From Dehalococcoidia bacterium (GTDB lineage Bacteria > Chloroflexota > Dehalococcoidia > Plut-88900): a stretch of DNA of 64,000 nucleotides. A program made the translations under genes and the position numbers. Below, piece after piece: positions 28,784 to 39,020 of the stretch (the first letter of the stretch is position 1; each line of letters opens with the position of its first letter). The stretch is from the NCBI GenBank assembly GCA_965197585.1, contig OZ240215.1:1152001-1216000 (forward strand). Direction: 5' to 3'. The notes under the pieces are model-generated. The model saw nothing but the letters and a program-made list of their open reading frames with translations, searched no databases and was not told where the DNA came from.

Positions 28784-29526
28784 GAGAGGTATTCCCCGGC
28801 GATATCAACGAACTTGTCGATGGCTTTGGCTCTAAAGGAGGCGATGACGTGGTCGGGGGCCTGTTCTTTGGCTCGGGAGAGGAGCTCCGGGCCCTGGGCA
28901 ATGACGGATGTCATCGTGCCTTCATCATCCTTAAGGTTCTGGGGCAGGGCCTTCCTTACAAAGCGCCTCAGGTGGTCCCATCCGAGGTCCATGGAAGTGC
29001 GCTCTGTCATCACGTCTTTCCAGCGGCGCAGGAGGTCGGCGTCTATGAAGGAGACGTTGACACCGGTGTCGGCGTCCTTAAGAGCCTCCAGGACGCCATC
29101 CAGATCTCGGATGCCGTTGCGTTCTCGCTTGTCCAATTCGAACTGGAGGACTCGGTCGAGGACGTTGGTGAGCGGGTCGGCGGAGGTCTTTTTGCCAAAA
29201 TAGGGGCGGTAGACACCGGCGATCCAATGTTCGTCGGTGACCAGGTGGCACATATAGCCGAGGACGAAGGCGCGGGTCTCGTGTCCGAGTTTTGCGGCGT
29301 CAGAGAGCTCAGGATAGGTATCGAAGAGGCCCTGAATGCCTTTGCCGGGCTGGTCGTTGGCAAGGTCGAAGAAGTGGGTGCGGTATCGGTCCCAGCCGGC
29401 GAGGTTCCGGACGTCGGGGGCGGTGGAGCCGAGAAGGTAGCTGCCCGAGTAGTCGGTCAGGAGGGGGTGGCCGAGGGCTCTGGCAGCGTCGTCGGCAAAG
29501 GAGATATGGAGCGAGGAGTTGGGCAT
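28780..29526 (-). CDS. Zinc-dependent phospholipase C/P1 nuclease-like protein inside the his operon
   Basis: Start at MPNSSLH; LGSTAPD, THFF, GYMCHLVTDEHW are typical Zn-ligand motifs of this fold; overlaps the hisD start. Confidence 0.7.
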   Translation of the reverse strand: MPNSSLHISFADDAARALGHPLLTDYSGSYLLGSTAPDVRNLAGWDRYRTHFFDLANDQPGKGIQGLFDTYPELSDAAKLGHETRAFVLGYMCHLVTDEHWIAGVYRPYFGKKTSADPLTNVLDRVLQFELDKRERNGIRDLDGVLEALKDADTGVNVSFIDADLLRRWKDVMTERTSMDLGWDHLRRFVRKALPQNLKDDEGTMTSVIAQGPELLSRAKEQAPDHVIASFRAKAIDKFVDIAGEYLS

Positions 29527-29530
29527 CCCA

Positions 29531-30550
29531 CTAAACCGACGTTTCCACCGGGGCGCGCCCCAGCTGTTCGAGCAGGTTGTCGTAGGTTGTGCACTTGGAT
29601 TCGAACACGTAGGTAGTGGGGAAAACGATGATGCCGTTCCCACCTGTGCCTCGGATATGGTCAACAGCGGTAATTACTTTGTCGCGCTCGACGACCATGG
29701 TGACGGCGTACCAGCCTGTCTCCCCGTCTTTGCTGAAGACCTGGGAGACGGTTGGCCCCTCAATACCTGCGATATCGGGGTGGGACTGGATGTGACCTGC
29801 GATCTGGGCGGGGGATTCCCCCTGAATATTGGCGATGATGCTGTAGTACTCGGAGGCGCGGAGTCGGGCTTCTATAAGCTCAAGGAGGATGCGGACACCA
29901 GCGAGGGCGTCGGCATCCCGGCTCAGGAGGTCCTTGTTGGCAAATAGGCAGGCCTGGGACTTCACAACCGTCCCGCCGGATATCGTCTTGAGCTGGTTCT
30001 CCCGGAGGGTGTTGCCGGTGGAAGTGATGTCGACGATGAAGTCGGCGTAGCCCATAGCGGGGGCGGCTTCGAGGGTACCACCGGCCTCGATTATGGAGAA
30101 GTTGGAGACACCGTGCTCCTGTAGGTATTTCTCAGTGAGGTGTGGGTATTTGGTTGCGACTCGGAACGGGACCCCATCCTCTTGAAATTGATGTGAGATG
30201 GTAACGAGGTCACCGGCATTAGAGACCTCTTCCCAAGTCTCGGGGACGGCGAGTACGAGGTCTGCGCCGCGGAAGCCCAGGCTTTCTACAAGTAGCATGG
30301 AGGACCCGCCATCGGGATGTGCTTCAAGGTACTGGTCCAAGCCAGCAAGGCCAATTTCTGCGGCGCCAGATTCGACCTGCTTTGGGATGTCGGCGGCGCG
30401 CTGGAAGAGGACTACGGCCCCGGGGACGGCGGGCATGGTGCCAGTGTAGCGCCGGGCGGTGACCCTCTTAACGGGGAGGCCGCATGAGTCCAGGAAATCA
30501 AGGGTAGGGTCCAGCCAGTCGGCGTTGCTGGGCAGGGCTATGCGGAGCAT
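29531..30550 (-). CDS. hisG: ATP phosphoribosyltransferase (long form)
   Basis: LRIALP, RAADIP, VATKYP, GTLEAAPAMGYADFIVDITSTGNTLRENQL, C-terminal regulatory domain (GPTVS). Confidence 0.96.
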   Translation of the reverse strand: MLRIALPSNADWLDPTLDFLDSCGLPVKRVTARRYTGTMPAVPGAVVLFQRAADIPKQVESGAAEIGLAGLDQYLEAHPDGGSSMLLVESLGFRGADLVLAVPETWEEVSNAGDLVTISHQFQEDGVPFRVATKYPHLTEKYLQEHGVSNFSIIEAGGTLEAAPAMGYADFIVDITSTGNTLRENQLKTISGGTVVKSQACLFANKDLLSRDADALAGVRILLELIEARLRASEYYSIIANIQGESPAQIAGHIQSHPDIAGIEGPTVSQVFSKDGETGWYAVTMVVERDKVITAVDHIRGTGGNGIIVFPTTYVFESKCTTYDNLLEQLGRAPVETSV

Positions 30551-30667
30551 GGTCTCGGCGGGGCGTTGTAGAACGGTCTATTCATGAGTTTATGCATGAT
30601 GAATTCTACATTAAGGCCAAAGGCCAGTAAATGAGGGCGGGGGTTGGATTGCTCCAATGACAGGTAT

Positions 30668-31000
30668 CTATTGGCGAGGCTGTGCCTCGGCGCGCTTGAA
30701 GACGCTCTCTCCATCGATCCAGACTCGGCCTTCGACGGACTTGGATCGGAGGGCGCCGGAGTCGCAGAGCTGCTGAACCCGCTGCCGTGAGACCCCGAGA
30801 AATACGGAGGCGCGCTTGATGCTGACATAGCCGGCGGGGCGTTTCCGTGCCTCGCGGCGGCGCAGGAGCTTCTTGACGGACTCCTCGGTGACACCGTCAC
30901 CAACCACCTTCAGGTCGCCCCTGTCGATGAGCCTGTGGACCCATAGGGGTTTGACATTCAGGCGTCGGGCGGTCTCCCAGCAGGTCAGGGATTGGGGCAT
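30668..31000 (-). CDS. Small basic protein with two excisionase/MerR-like HTH modules
   Basis: LTCWETARRLNV...LIDRGDL and VSIKRASVFLGVSRQRVQQLCDSGAL; SD AAGGAG. Confidence 0.7.
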   Translation of the reverse strand: MPQSLTCWETARRLNVKPLWVHRLIDRGDLKVVGDGVTEESVKKLLRRREARKRPAGYVSIKRASVFLGVSRQRVQQLCDSGALRSKSVEGRVWIDGESVFKRAEAQPRQ

Positions 31001-31304
31001 GTGGGCTCCTTTCGGAGGGAGGGTAGCACCTAGGATGTCGGGTGGCAAGGGTTGGGAATTGCATATCAGGGTACGGGTGGCAAGGGATAGGCCATAGCAA
31101 CCTGGGGTATTGGATGCAATAGGGATGAATCATGCCTGGAGAGGGGAATCCAGCCCTGCATCCACACGATCCTCTGTTCCGTCTCACAACGAACTTTCAG
31201 CAGGGCCAAGGTGAATGCGGGTCAAGGCCTGGTATCTGAGTGACACAAGGAGGAAGGGTATGAGGTGGACGACCACGGGAGTCACTCTTACTAGGTAGGG
31301 ATTA

Positions 31305-31345
31305 CCCTCACACCCCAGCCCTCTCTCGTCAAAGGGAGAGGGGAG
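31305..31345 (-). repeat. Family A REP-like hairpin, reversed orientation
   Basis: Reverse complement reads CCCCTCTCCCTTTGACGAGAGAGGGCTGGGGTGTGAGGG. Confidence 0.7.
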
Positions 31346-31375
31346 TTGTGGGAGAAGGGAAAATTGCATGGGAAT

Positions 31376-31422
31376 GAATAAAAGGCATCGGCGGGAGCAG
31401 ACACTGCTCCCGCCGATGCCTT
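31376..31422 (-). terminator. Rho-independent terminator after the RidA-like gene
   Basis: 19-bp perfect stem AAGGCATCGGCGGGAGCAG-ACA-CTGCTCCCGCCGATGCCTT ending in a T-rich run on the minus strand. Confidence 0.8.
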
Positions 31423-31461
31423 ATGTCCAGGGCGATTTATGTCCAGACGAAGGGGTGCCCC

Positions 31462-31878
31462 CTAACGGGCGCAGAGGAATTCGAATTCTACGAAGAATCC
31501 GGGTCGGGCGAGGGCGCTGATGAGTCTCAGAGTGCCTGCGGCTGGCTTCACCGCCACGTCCTTGAAGCAGTTCGCCCAAACGGCGTATATGCCTTCTCGA
31601 TTCTCAGGCGAATCCGAGTCCACGGTAATCGTCGGTTCGACGCGGATGACGTCGTCGACGGACCAGCCCTCGGCTTCGAGCATTCCGACCAGGGAGTCGA
31701 AGACGGCCTGCGTCTGTGCTACGGCATCGCCTGGGTGTCGAACATTGCCGTCGCTGTCGGCGTCGATCTGGCCGGTGAGGAGGAGGAGCTCGCTGAATCC
31801 GGAGACTTTGAGGCCCCAGTTAAATACGTGGCTGCGGTCTGGGGCGTCTGACAGTGGGAGGGGTTTTTTGGTGGCCAT
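31462..31878 (-). CDS. RidA/YjgF superfamily protein
   Basis: LLLTGQI, HPGDAVAQT, ISALARPGFFVEFE. Confidence 0.8.
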   Translation of the reverse strand: MATKKPLPLSDAPDRSHVFNWGLKVSGFSELLLLTGQIDADSDGNVRHPGDAVAQTQAVFDSLVGMLEAEGWSVDDVIRVEPTITVDSDSPENREGIYAVWANCFKDVAVKPAAGTLRLISALARPGFFVEFEFLCAR

Positions 31879-31953
31879 GGTGGGTTCTCCTTTTCGGTTT
31901 GTGGTGGTCTTTGTGAGGGGATGGCCGTGGGTGGGGAGTCAGGGCGACCGGCC

Positions 31954-33609
31954 GAGCCTGTCTCACAAGTGGGGTGGGGTGTGGCAAGAGTGAAGGGCTA
32001 GATGGGGTGTTATATGTGCAATGATCGATCACGACGACTCATGCCGGGTGGCCGATGATTGAGTTGTGCACCAGCGATGGGATGAGATTGCGGCCCCATA
32101 TGCGGGTTGTCCGGCCGTGCCATACCCGCCACAGGGTGCGCAGATTGAAGGCCGAGGCCAACAGGCCCCACTCGGCGGCCACGTTGTTGAGACCCCGCAG
32201 CAGGAACCTACGCGCCGCCTGCTGCTCTTTGATGATCCCGAAGACCGGCTCTACCAGACCCTTCCTGCGACGGTACAACTCTCTGGCTTCATCGCTGCCC
32301 ATCCAGGACCGATGACGACGCAAGGCTGTGTCGTGGGGCCCTATCTCAAGCCCTCGCCCATGTCGGCCGTCCCTCGTACACACCCCGAAGACCGGACACC
32401 CTCGGCAGATGGCCCCCGAGGCCCGGTAGAGCCGCATCGGTATCCCCCGGGTGCGCTTGATTCTGGTGAAGCGTAGCCGTTGTCCCTGTGGACAGATGTA
32501 GCTGTCGGTATCCTCATCGTAGGCGAATCGGTCCTTGTGATAGGGGCGGCCCAGTGCCCGACGCTGTGCCTCCGGCATCACAACTTTCTGCTCTCTGCGC
32601 CCACACTGCTGCAGATTGCTCCCTGAGTGATAGCCCGCATCGGCCAGCGTCGTCTCAGACCTGAGGCCGGTGGTCTCCTCCGCCCTCTGAAGCATTGGAA
32701 CGAGTTGGGAATGGTCGTCGGGATCATCGGCTACCTCTACTGCAGTGATCAACATGCCCTTCCCGCCTGTGTCGGTCTTCGTCGGCGATACCATCGCCTG
32801 TGCGTTGTAGCAGGGCGCTATCCCCCGGCGAGTCCTCATCAGACGTGCGTCTTTATCCGTGAGGTTTATCTGTCTAAGTTCGCTACGCTCCGAGAGTTCG
32901 TCCATAGCTCGGCGCACCTTCTCTCTCAGCGCCGTCTTCTCGGTCAACTCATCAGGCAGATGGGCGGGTGCGGCACCCTCACCCGTCTCGTTCTCAGCCT
33001 CCAGTTCCTTCAGCGACTGGTCCACACGCCTCAGCAGCCGCTCCAATCCTTCTCCATCCAGGGTCCTGTCTCCCGTCGCATTCGCACCCACCTTCGTGCC
33101 GTCCACAGCCTGCAGCGTCAGGTCGATAAGGTCCATCCCGAGCGCCGTTTGCACTGTGCGCTTCAGCAGTTTACGCATCGACTGGCGATTGCTCTTGTAA
33201 AACCTCCACAGCGTGTTGTGATCTGGGCGCTGCCATCCCGTCAACCATAGGTACGGCACCTGGTCACGGCAGGCCCCCTCCAGCTTGCGGCTCGACCTAA
33301 CCCCTGTCATGAATCCGTACAGCCACACCCCCAACAATGCCCTGGGATGGTACGCCGGCGCTCCCGTCCAGCTTCCATCAATGTCTACTCCCATCTCTGC
33401 CCAGTCCTCTCGATCCAATGCATCGACGAACTCCGCCACGAACCGCACAGGATGATCTTCCGGCACCATCTCATCCAGGGTCGGTGGCAGCATCCACACC
33501 TGCTCTCGTCCCATCGGTCTCAGTGGCATCTCCATAACCTCCACTCAGAGCTTCTCCCCTCCAAGTTTACCCTGATGCATAAACCTCCACTCCCTTTTGA
33601 GACAGGCTC
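31954..33609. mobile_element. IS1182-family insertion sequence (1656 bp)
   Basis: Inverted repeats GAGCCTGTCTCACAAG (31954-31969) and CTTTTGAGACAGGCTC (33594-33609). Confidence 0.9.
32039..33544 (-). CDS. IS1182-family transposase
   Basis: GAPAYHP, SSRKLE, PDHNTLWRF, AVDGTK, YNAQ, ADAGY, ICPQG, VEPVFGIIK. Confidence 0.95.
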   Translation of the reverse strand: MEVMEMPLRPMGREQVWMLPPTLDEMVPEDHPVRFVAEFVDALDREDWAEMGVDIDGSWTGAPAYHPRALLGVWLYGFMTGVRSSRKLEGACRDQVPYLWLTGWQRPDHNTLWRFYKSNRQSMRKLLKRTVQTALGMDLIDLTLQAVDGTKVGANATGDRTLDGEGLERLLRRVDQSLKELEAENETGEGAAPAHLPDELTEKTALREKVRRAMDELSERSELRQINLTDKDARLMRTRRGIAPCYNAQAMVSPTKTDTGGKGMLITAVEVADDPDDHSQLVPMLQRAEETTGLRSETTLADAGYHSGSNLQQCGRREQKVVMPEAQRRALGRPYHKDRFAYDEDTDSYICPQGQRLRFTRIKRTRGIPMRLYRASGAICRGCPVFGVCTRDGRHGRGLEIGPHDTALRRHRSWMGSDEARELYRRRKGLVEPVFGIIKEQQAARRFLLRGLNNVAAEWGLLASAFNLRTLWRVWHGRTTRIWGRNLIPSLVHNSIIGHPA

Positions 33610-33747
33610 GGGGGGTGTCCCCTACGGGGGAAGGGACTGGACCTCACCCCTGCGCAACCACGAGAGTTTGCCCCTACAGGAAAGGGCGCTGAAGGCCATT
33701 GATGGGTCTGGCAATGGTCTCACAAAGGGGGAGGTGCTTAGAGAGAC

Positions 33748-34419
33748 TCAGGTTCGTATCATGATGCCGCCGTCAATGAAGACGGGTTCGCCAGTGGTGA
33801 AGGCGCAGGAGTCGGAGGCGAGGTAGACGAGGGTGCCAGCGAGGTCCTGAGGCCTGCCCCAGCGCTGCATGGGAACGTAGCGGCGGATTTTGTCGGGGAG
33901 TGCGTCATCAGAGTCGACGATCCAGCCGCCGACGATGGCATTGACGCGGATGTTGTCTCGGGCCCACTCGAGACCAAGGGCGCGGGTGAGGTGGATGACT
34001 CCAGCCTGGGCCGCGGAGAAGGCGCTCTGATTGACCACCACGCGGGCTCCGAGGCCCGAGGCGATGTTTACTATACGTCCCCGCTGCTGTGCCAGCATGT
34101 GGCTAGCGACTGCTTTGCAGGAGAGGAACACCGAGTCCAGGTTCAGGTCTATGGCGGCGCACCATTCGTCATAGGTCATATCGGCGAGGGGTTTGGCGAA
34201 GTCTGAGGCGAGGTCGTTGACGAGAATGTCTATGCCACCGAGATCAGATATGGCATTAGAGACGGCGGCTTCGAGGCCGTCCGTGCCGCCGGGCCAGGAG
34301 ATAGTGGCGAGGGTTGCGCCGGCATTGGTAAGTGCGCCTGCGAGAGCCGGGGCATTGATGCCGCCGCGTGTTACGAGGACTGCGTTTCTGCCCTTGAGAT
34401 TGAAGGGAGCGGGGGACAT
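33748..34419 (-). CDS. Atypical SDR-fold protein lacking the catalytic and NAD-binding motifs
   Basis: SDR C-terminal pattern intact, but TRGGINAP replaces TGxxxGxG, NDLA replaces NNAG and FSAAQ replaces YxxxK. Confidence 0.8.
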   Translation of the reverse strand: MSPAPFNLKGRNAVLVTRGGINAPALAGALTNAGATLATISWPGGTDGLEAAVSNAISDLGGIDILVNDLASDFAKPLADMTYDEWCAAIDLNLDSVFLSCKAVASHMLAQQRGRIVNIASGLGARVVVNQSAFSAAQAGVIHLTRALGLEWARDNIRVNAIVGGWIVDSDDALPDKIRRYVPMQRWGRPQDLAGTLVYLASDSCAFTTGEPVFIDGGIMIRT

Positions 34420-34420
34420 G

Positions 34421-35233
<813 letters not shown>

Positions 35234-35269
35234 ATTGTGACCAGTGTGGAAGAGATTGGGTTGCGGCCT

Positions 35270-36091
35270 TTATTGGCCGTGCAGCGTAACTTCTCCGGAT
35301 ACCAGGGTTTTCAGCTCGCCTTCGGCGGTGCGTAGGAGGAGACGGCCATATTCGTCGATGTCTTCGGCGCGGCCTTCTTCCACGAAACCGAGCTTGTCTT
35401 CCCTGCGCCATTGTACACGAACGTGCTGGCCCAGGGTGACGAGATAGGAGCGCCACAGGTCGAGCAGATCGCTGCCGGAAACGGCTTCGAGATAGAGCTT
35501 TTCCAAGTGATGGAGCAGGGCGCAGAAGACTTCTAAACGGGAGACGGGTTGGCCGGCCTGCACGCGGAGGCTTGTGGCGGGCGGGGTGATTTCGGAGAGG
35601 GACTCGGCGGTCTGGTTGACGTTGATGCCGATGCCAGCGTTCACATATAGCTTGCCCTCGCGGTCCCGGTTGGAGGTGAGGAGTATACCGGAGGTCTTTT
35701 TGCCGTCGAGGAGGACGTCGTTGGGCCATTTGATGGCGGGTTTGAGGCCGGCGGCGGTCTCGGCGGCGCGGGCCACGGCAAGAGAGCAGACGATATGGAG
35801 CCGGGCGGAGACGGAGGGCGGGGGTCGAAGGATTATAGAGACTGCAATGGCGGCGCCCTTCTCGACGACCCACTCTCTGTCGAAGCGGCCGCGGCCTGCG
35901 GTCTGGTCGTCGGCGAGGATGACAGTTCCCTCGGAAGCGCCTGCCATGGCCTTCATATCGGCGACGTCCATGGTGGTGGGAATGGTGTCGTAGAAAAGAA
36001 GGTCGCGGCCCATGAAGGAAGTGTTGAGGTTGTGGCGGATGGACTCGGCGGAGAAGGATTCGGGTTCGGTGGGGTGGTGGGGGGTGGTCAA
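35270..36091 (-). CDS. birA: Biotin-[acetyl-CoA carboxylase] ligase (no HTH domain)
   Basis: QTAGRGR, IKWPNDV, KKTSGIL, GIGINVN. Confidence 0.95.
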   Translation of the reverse strand: MTTPHHPTEPESFSAESIRHNLNTSFMGRDLLFYDTIPTTMDVADMKAMAGASEGTVILADDQTAGRGRFDREWVVEKGAAIAVSIILRPPPSVSARLHIVCSLAVARAAETAAGLKPAIKWPNDVLLDGKKTSGILLTSNRDREGKLYVNAGIGINVNQTAESLSEITPPATSLRVQAGQPVSRLEVFCALLHHLEKLYLEAVSGSDLLDLWRSYLVTLGQHVRVQWRREDKLGFVEEGRAEDIDEYGRLLLRTAEGELKTLVSGEVTLHGQ

Positions 36092-37617
36092 GAAGCGAGC
36101 TCCAGGTCTCGGAGGATGGCATGGGCGGCGTTGTGGCCCGGGGCCCCGGACACGTAGCCGCCCGGATGGGTCCCGGCTCCGCAGAGATAGTAGTTTTCGA
36201 TTGGGGTGCGGTAGCTGTTCCAGCCTCGGAGAGGACGGTAGGCAAAGAACTGCTGAGGGGTCATATCCAGGTGGAGGATGTCGCCGTTGGTGAGTCCGAC
36301 CTCGCGGACGAGGTCCAAGGGCGTGACTACCTGCCTATCGATGATGGCGTCCTTGATGTTGGGAGCGTAGACGGAAAGGGCATCGACGATGAGGTCGGCC
36401 ACCTGTTCCCGGGCGTCGTCCCAGGAGCCATCGGCCAACTCGAAGGCCGCGGTCTCGACCCATACCGACATACAGTGTTTGCCCTCGGGGGCCATTGAAG
36501 GGTCGTAGACGGAAGGGATTTGCATGATCATGGAGGGGTGGTGGGGGAGGCGGCCGGCATCGGCGTCGGAGCGACCGGCCTTCACATGGTCGAGACTCGG
36601 GCACATCCTGACCCGGCCCAGGTATCCGAGTTCCCAGTCACCGCCAAAGTAGTGGCTCAGGTCCGGGGGCTCGGAGAGGGATGCGTGGAGCTTCATGGAG
36701 GCGCGCATGTTCTTGAGGGACCGGATGCGGGCCCGGAAGTCGGAGGGAAGGTGTCCCTCGTCGACGATTTCTAAAAGGGAGCGCTTGGGATCGAGGTTTG
36801 AGACTACCGTCCCGGCCCTGATCTGACGGCCGTCGATAAGCTCTACGCCGATAGCTGATCCGTTTTCAATGAGGACACGTCGGACCTCGGCGTTGGTCTC
36901 GAACTGAGCACCGTGGGATCGAGCGGCCTGCTCAATGGAACGGGGCAGGCTGCCCATGCCTCCTTGGAGGATCCCGTGGTAACGAGGATCGCCGAAGCGG
37001 GAGGTCTCCAGGCGAGCGAAGAAGAGGGGGGCGTCGTTGAAGGACCAGGCGAATAGTGCCTTGACCTGCTCGGACTCGAAGAACTGGTCGAGCATGTCGT
37101 AGGCGGAGCCGAAGAGGATACGTTCGAGGACTGCCTCGTCGTCGGTGCCCTGGACGGAGGCCATGACCTCGGCGAGGGTGGGAGGGGGAGTGAGCATATA
37201 GGGGTGAATGATGCGGGCGGCCCTTTCCCAGAAATCGACCCATTTGAGGTAAGCGTTGGCGTCCGGGGGGGAGATGCGGGCGATTTCCTCGGCGACCTGG
37301 GCGTCGTCGTTCCAGACTCGAACGGCTCGTCCGTCGGGGAAGGGGTGGATGCGTTCGGGGTCGACGGGGAGGACCTTGAGGCCGTGAGATTCGAGGTTGA
37401 GGTCCTGCACGACCTTGCCTTCGAGAAGGAGGGCGGCATAGGAATAGCGGGGAAGGCGGTAGCCGGGAAATATCTCGTCGGTGAGGGTTGCGCCGCCGAG
37501 GACGTTGCGGCGTTCCAGGGAGAGGACTCGGAGGCCGGCCTTGGCCAAGTAGGCGGCGGTGGTGAGCCCGTTGTGGCCCGCGCCTATGATGATTACGTCA
37601 TAGTCGGTGGATGGCAA
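36088..37617 (-). CDS. Phytoene desaturase-like NAD(P)/FAD oxidoreductase
   Basis: IIGAGHNGL...LERR..LGGA, GGMG, YRTPIENYYLCGAGTHPGG.VSGAPGHNAA. Confidence 0.9.
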   Translation of the reverse strand: MPSTDYDVIIIGAGHNGLTTAAYLAKAGLRVLSLERRNVLGGATLTDEIFPGYRLPRYSYAALLLEGKVVQDLNLESHGLKVLPVDPERIHPFPDGRAVRVWNDDAQVAEEIARISPPDANAYLKWVDFWERAARIIHPYMLTPPPTLAEVMASVQGTDDEAVLERILFGSAYDMLDQFFESEQVKALFAWSFNDAPLFFARLETSRFGDPRYHGILQGGMGSLPRSIEQAARSHGAQFETNAEVRRVLIENGSAIGVELIDGRQIRAGTVVSNLDPKRSLLEIVDEGHLPSDFRARIRSLKNMRASMKLHASLSEPPDLSHYFGGDWELGYLGRVRMCPSLDHVKAGRSDADAGRLPHHPSMIMQIPSVYDPSMAPEGKHCMSVWVETAAFELADGSWDDAREQVADLIVDALSVYAPNIKDAIIDRQVVTPLDLVREVGLTNGDILHLDMTPQQFFAYRPLRGWNSYRTPIENYYLCGAGTHPGGYVSGAPGHNAAHAILRDLELAS

Positions 37618-38514
37618 GGGTGTACTCCTGGTGGGTCGGCGTGGGAATGGTAAGGGGTGGGGGGAGTGGGGTCAACATGGTGTACTCGTTCGATAGATTA
37701 GTGACACGCCGGGGTTTTATTCAGTCCTCCAGAGGCGGACCCACCCAAGGCGGATGTTCCATCTTAGATTGTGGGGTTTCGGTTTCCGTTCTGTCTGTTG
37801 GGTTTTGGGTTGGCGATGGAAGAGGCCCTCTTGCCCTCTAACTGGCTTTGCATTCTCTCTTTGCGGGTGTTCCGGCTGTCGGGGGACCTGGAGAGCAGGC
37901 CCCGCCTGAGAGGGAGGGACTTACAGCCGGCCGTGCCCTTTGCTCGATTATATTCACGGACCGATCCAGGGCAGGATGTCCGTCAGAGGCTCCTTTTTTG
38001 GGCTGTATGCCACTATGGGCACGACGGGGCCAGTGATCCAGCTGTGGCCCCACAGCCTGACTAATGATTTTTCAGTATGCCGGAGCGATACGGAGCAAAT
38101 CCTCCGGCACCCCCTCGCCGTAGCGCGCTAACTCTTGCAATGCGGTCCGAACTTCGAGACGGTTCTCTATGGGGGTCTTACGGTCCGCGAGTACATCTCC
38201 TGTCACCCTTGTTGTAATCTCTCCGTGCACCCCGCCCTTGGATTCCCGACTACTCGGGAATGATGGGGTGGGGGTGACAGGAGAGGGGTGGGAGTAGAAA
38301 GCCAGGGCGTCTTTCCATCGCCTGGGTGTCAGGGAAGGGGGCACGGGACCCGGTGGGGATGAGGAGATGGCGACTTTCGCTTGTGCCGCGGGCCTGCGCG
38401 AGGGCCGTTGGGATGGGCTGAGGCGTTGAGTCCTCGGGTGGGGCCGAGTGGGCTTCCCTGGGTTTTTGGTTCCTCCTTTGGTTAGTTAGGGTGAGTGACG
38501 AGCTAGTCGAGGGG

Positions 38515-38543
38515 ATAATAGTACATATGTACACATCCGTCAA
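38515..38543 (-). promoter_or_regulatory. Sigma70-type promoter with palindromic operator (LexA-box-like) in the spacer
   Basis: Minus strand TTGACG-17 nt-TATTAT; spacer contains GTACATATGTAC (38521-38532). Confidence 0.55.
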
Positions 38544-38571
38544 GGGGTTCGTGTCACATTGGAGGGGACGC

Positions 38572-38628
38572 CACCCCATTCCGTTCTTGAGACCCTTCGA
38601 CTTCGCTCAGGGCGAACGGAATTCCCCA
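38572..38628 (-). repeat. Family E REP-like repeat, reversed orientation
   Basis: Reverse complement GGGGAATTCCGTTCGCCCTGAGCGAAGTCGAAGGGTCTCAAGAACGGAATGGGGTGG matches 62193-62257. Confidence 0.8.
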
Positions 38629-38752
38629 CACCGGTGGATGGATTCACGCCTAGGCGCACTTACAGCCGACTCTCGGCGGCCGGAATGACGGAGAGGACGC
38701 TGTCCCTCAGATTCATAGCGGGGACACGTGATGACGGGGGGTGAGGGGAGTC

Positions 38753-39001
38753 CTACCCCTCCAAAACCTCGAACGAAAAACTCTCAATCACCGGGTTAGC
38801 CAGCAGCTTCCTGCACATCTCCCCAACCTGCGCCTCAGCCGCCTCCTGAGTCCCCTCGTCCACCCTGACCTCGATATACTTCCCCGCCCTAACCTCCCGC
38901 GCCGACGCAAATCCCAAAGAATGAAGAGCCCCCAGGATTGTGAGTCCCTGGGGGTCGTTCACGGTCGGTTTCAGCGTTACGTGGACTTTCGCTAGGTACA
39001 T
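38753..39001 (-). CDS. purS: Phosphoribosylformylglycinamidine synthase subunit PurS
   Basis: LKPTVNDPQG, VRAGK, LLANPVIE. Confidence 0.96.
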   Translation of the reverse strand: MYLAKVHVTLKPTVNDPQGLTILGALHSLGFASAREVRAGKYIEVRVDEGTQEAAEAQVGEMCRKLLANPVIESFSFEVLEG

Positions 39002-39020
39002 TCCCTCGTGTCTGTGCCGT

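Noticed and set aside
38753-39001. purS without purQ/purL and hisB without hisH/A/F as pathway loss
   Set aside because: These genes may lie outside the window; cannot be judged here.
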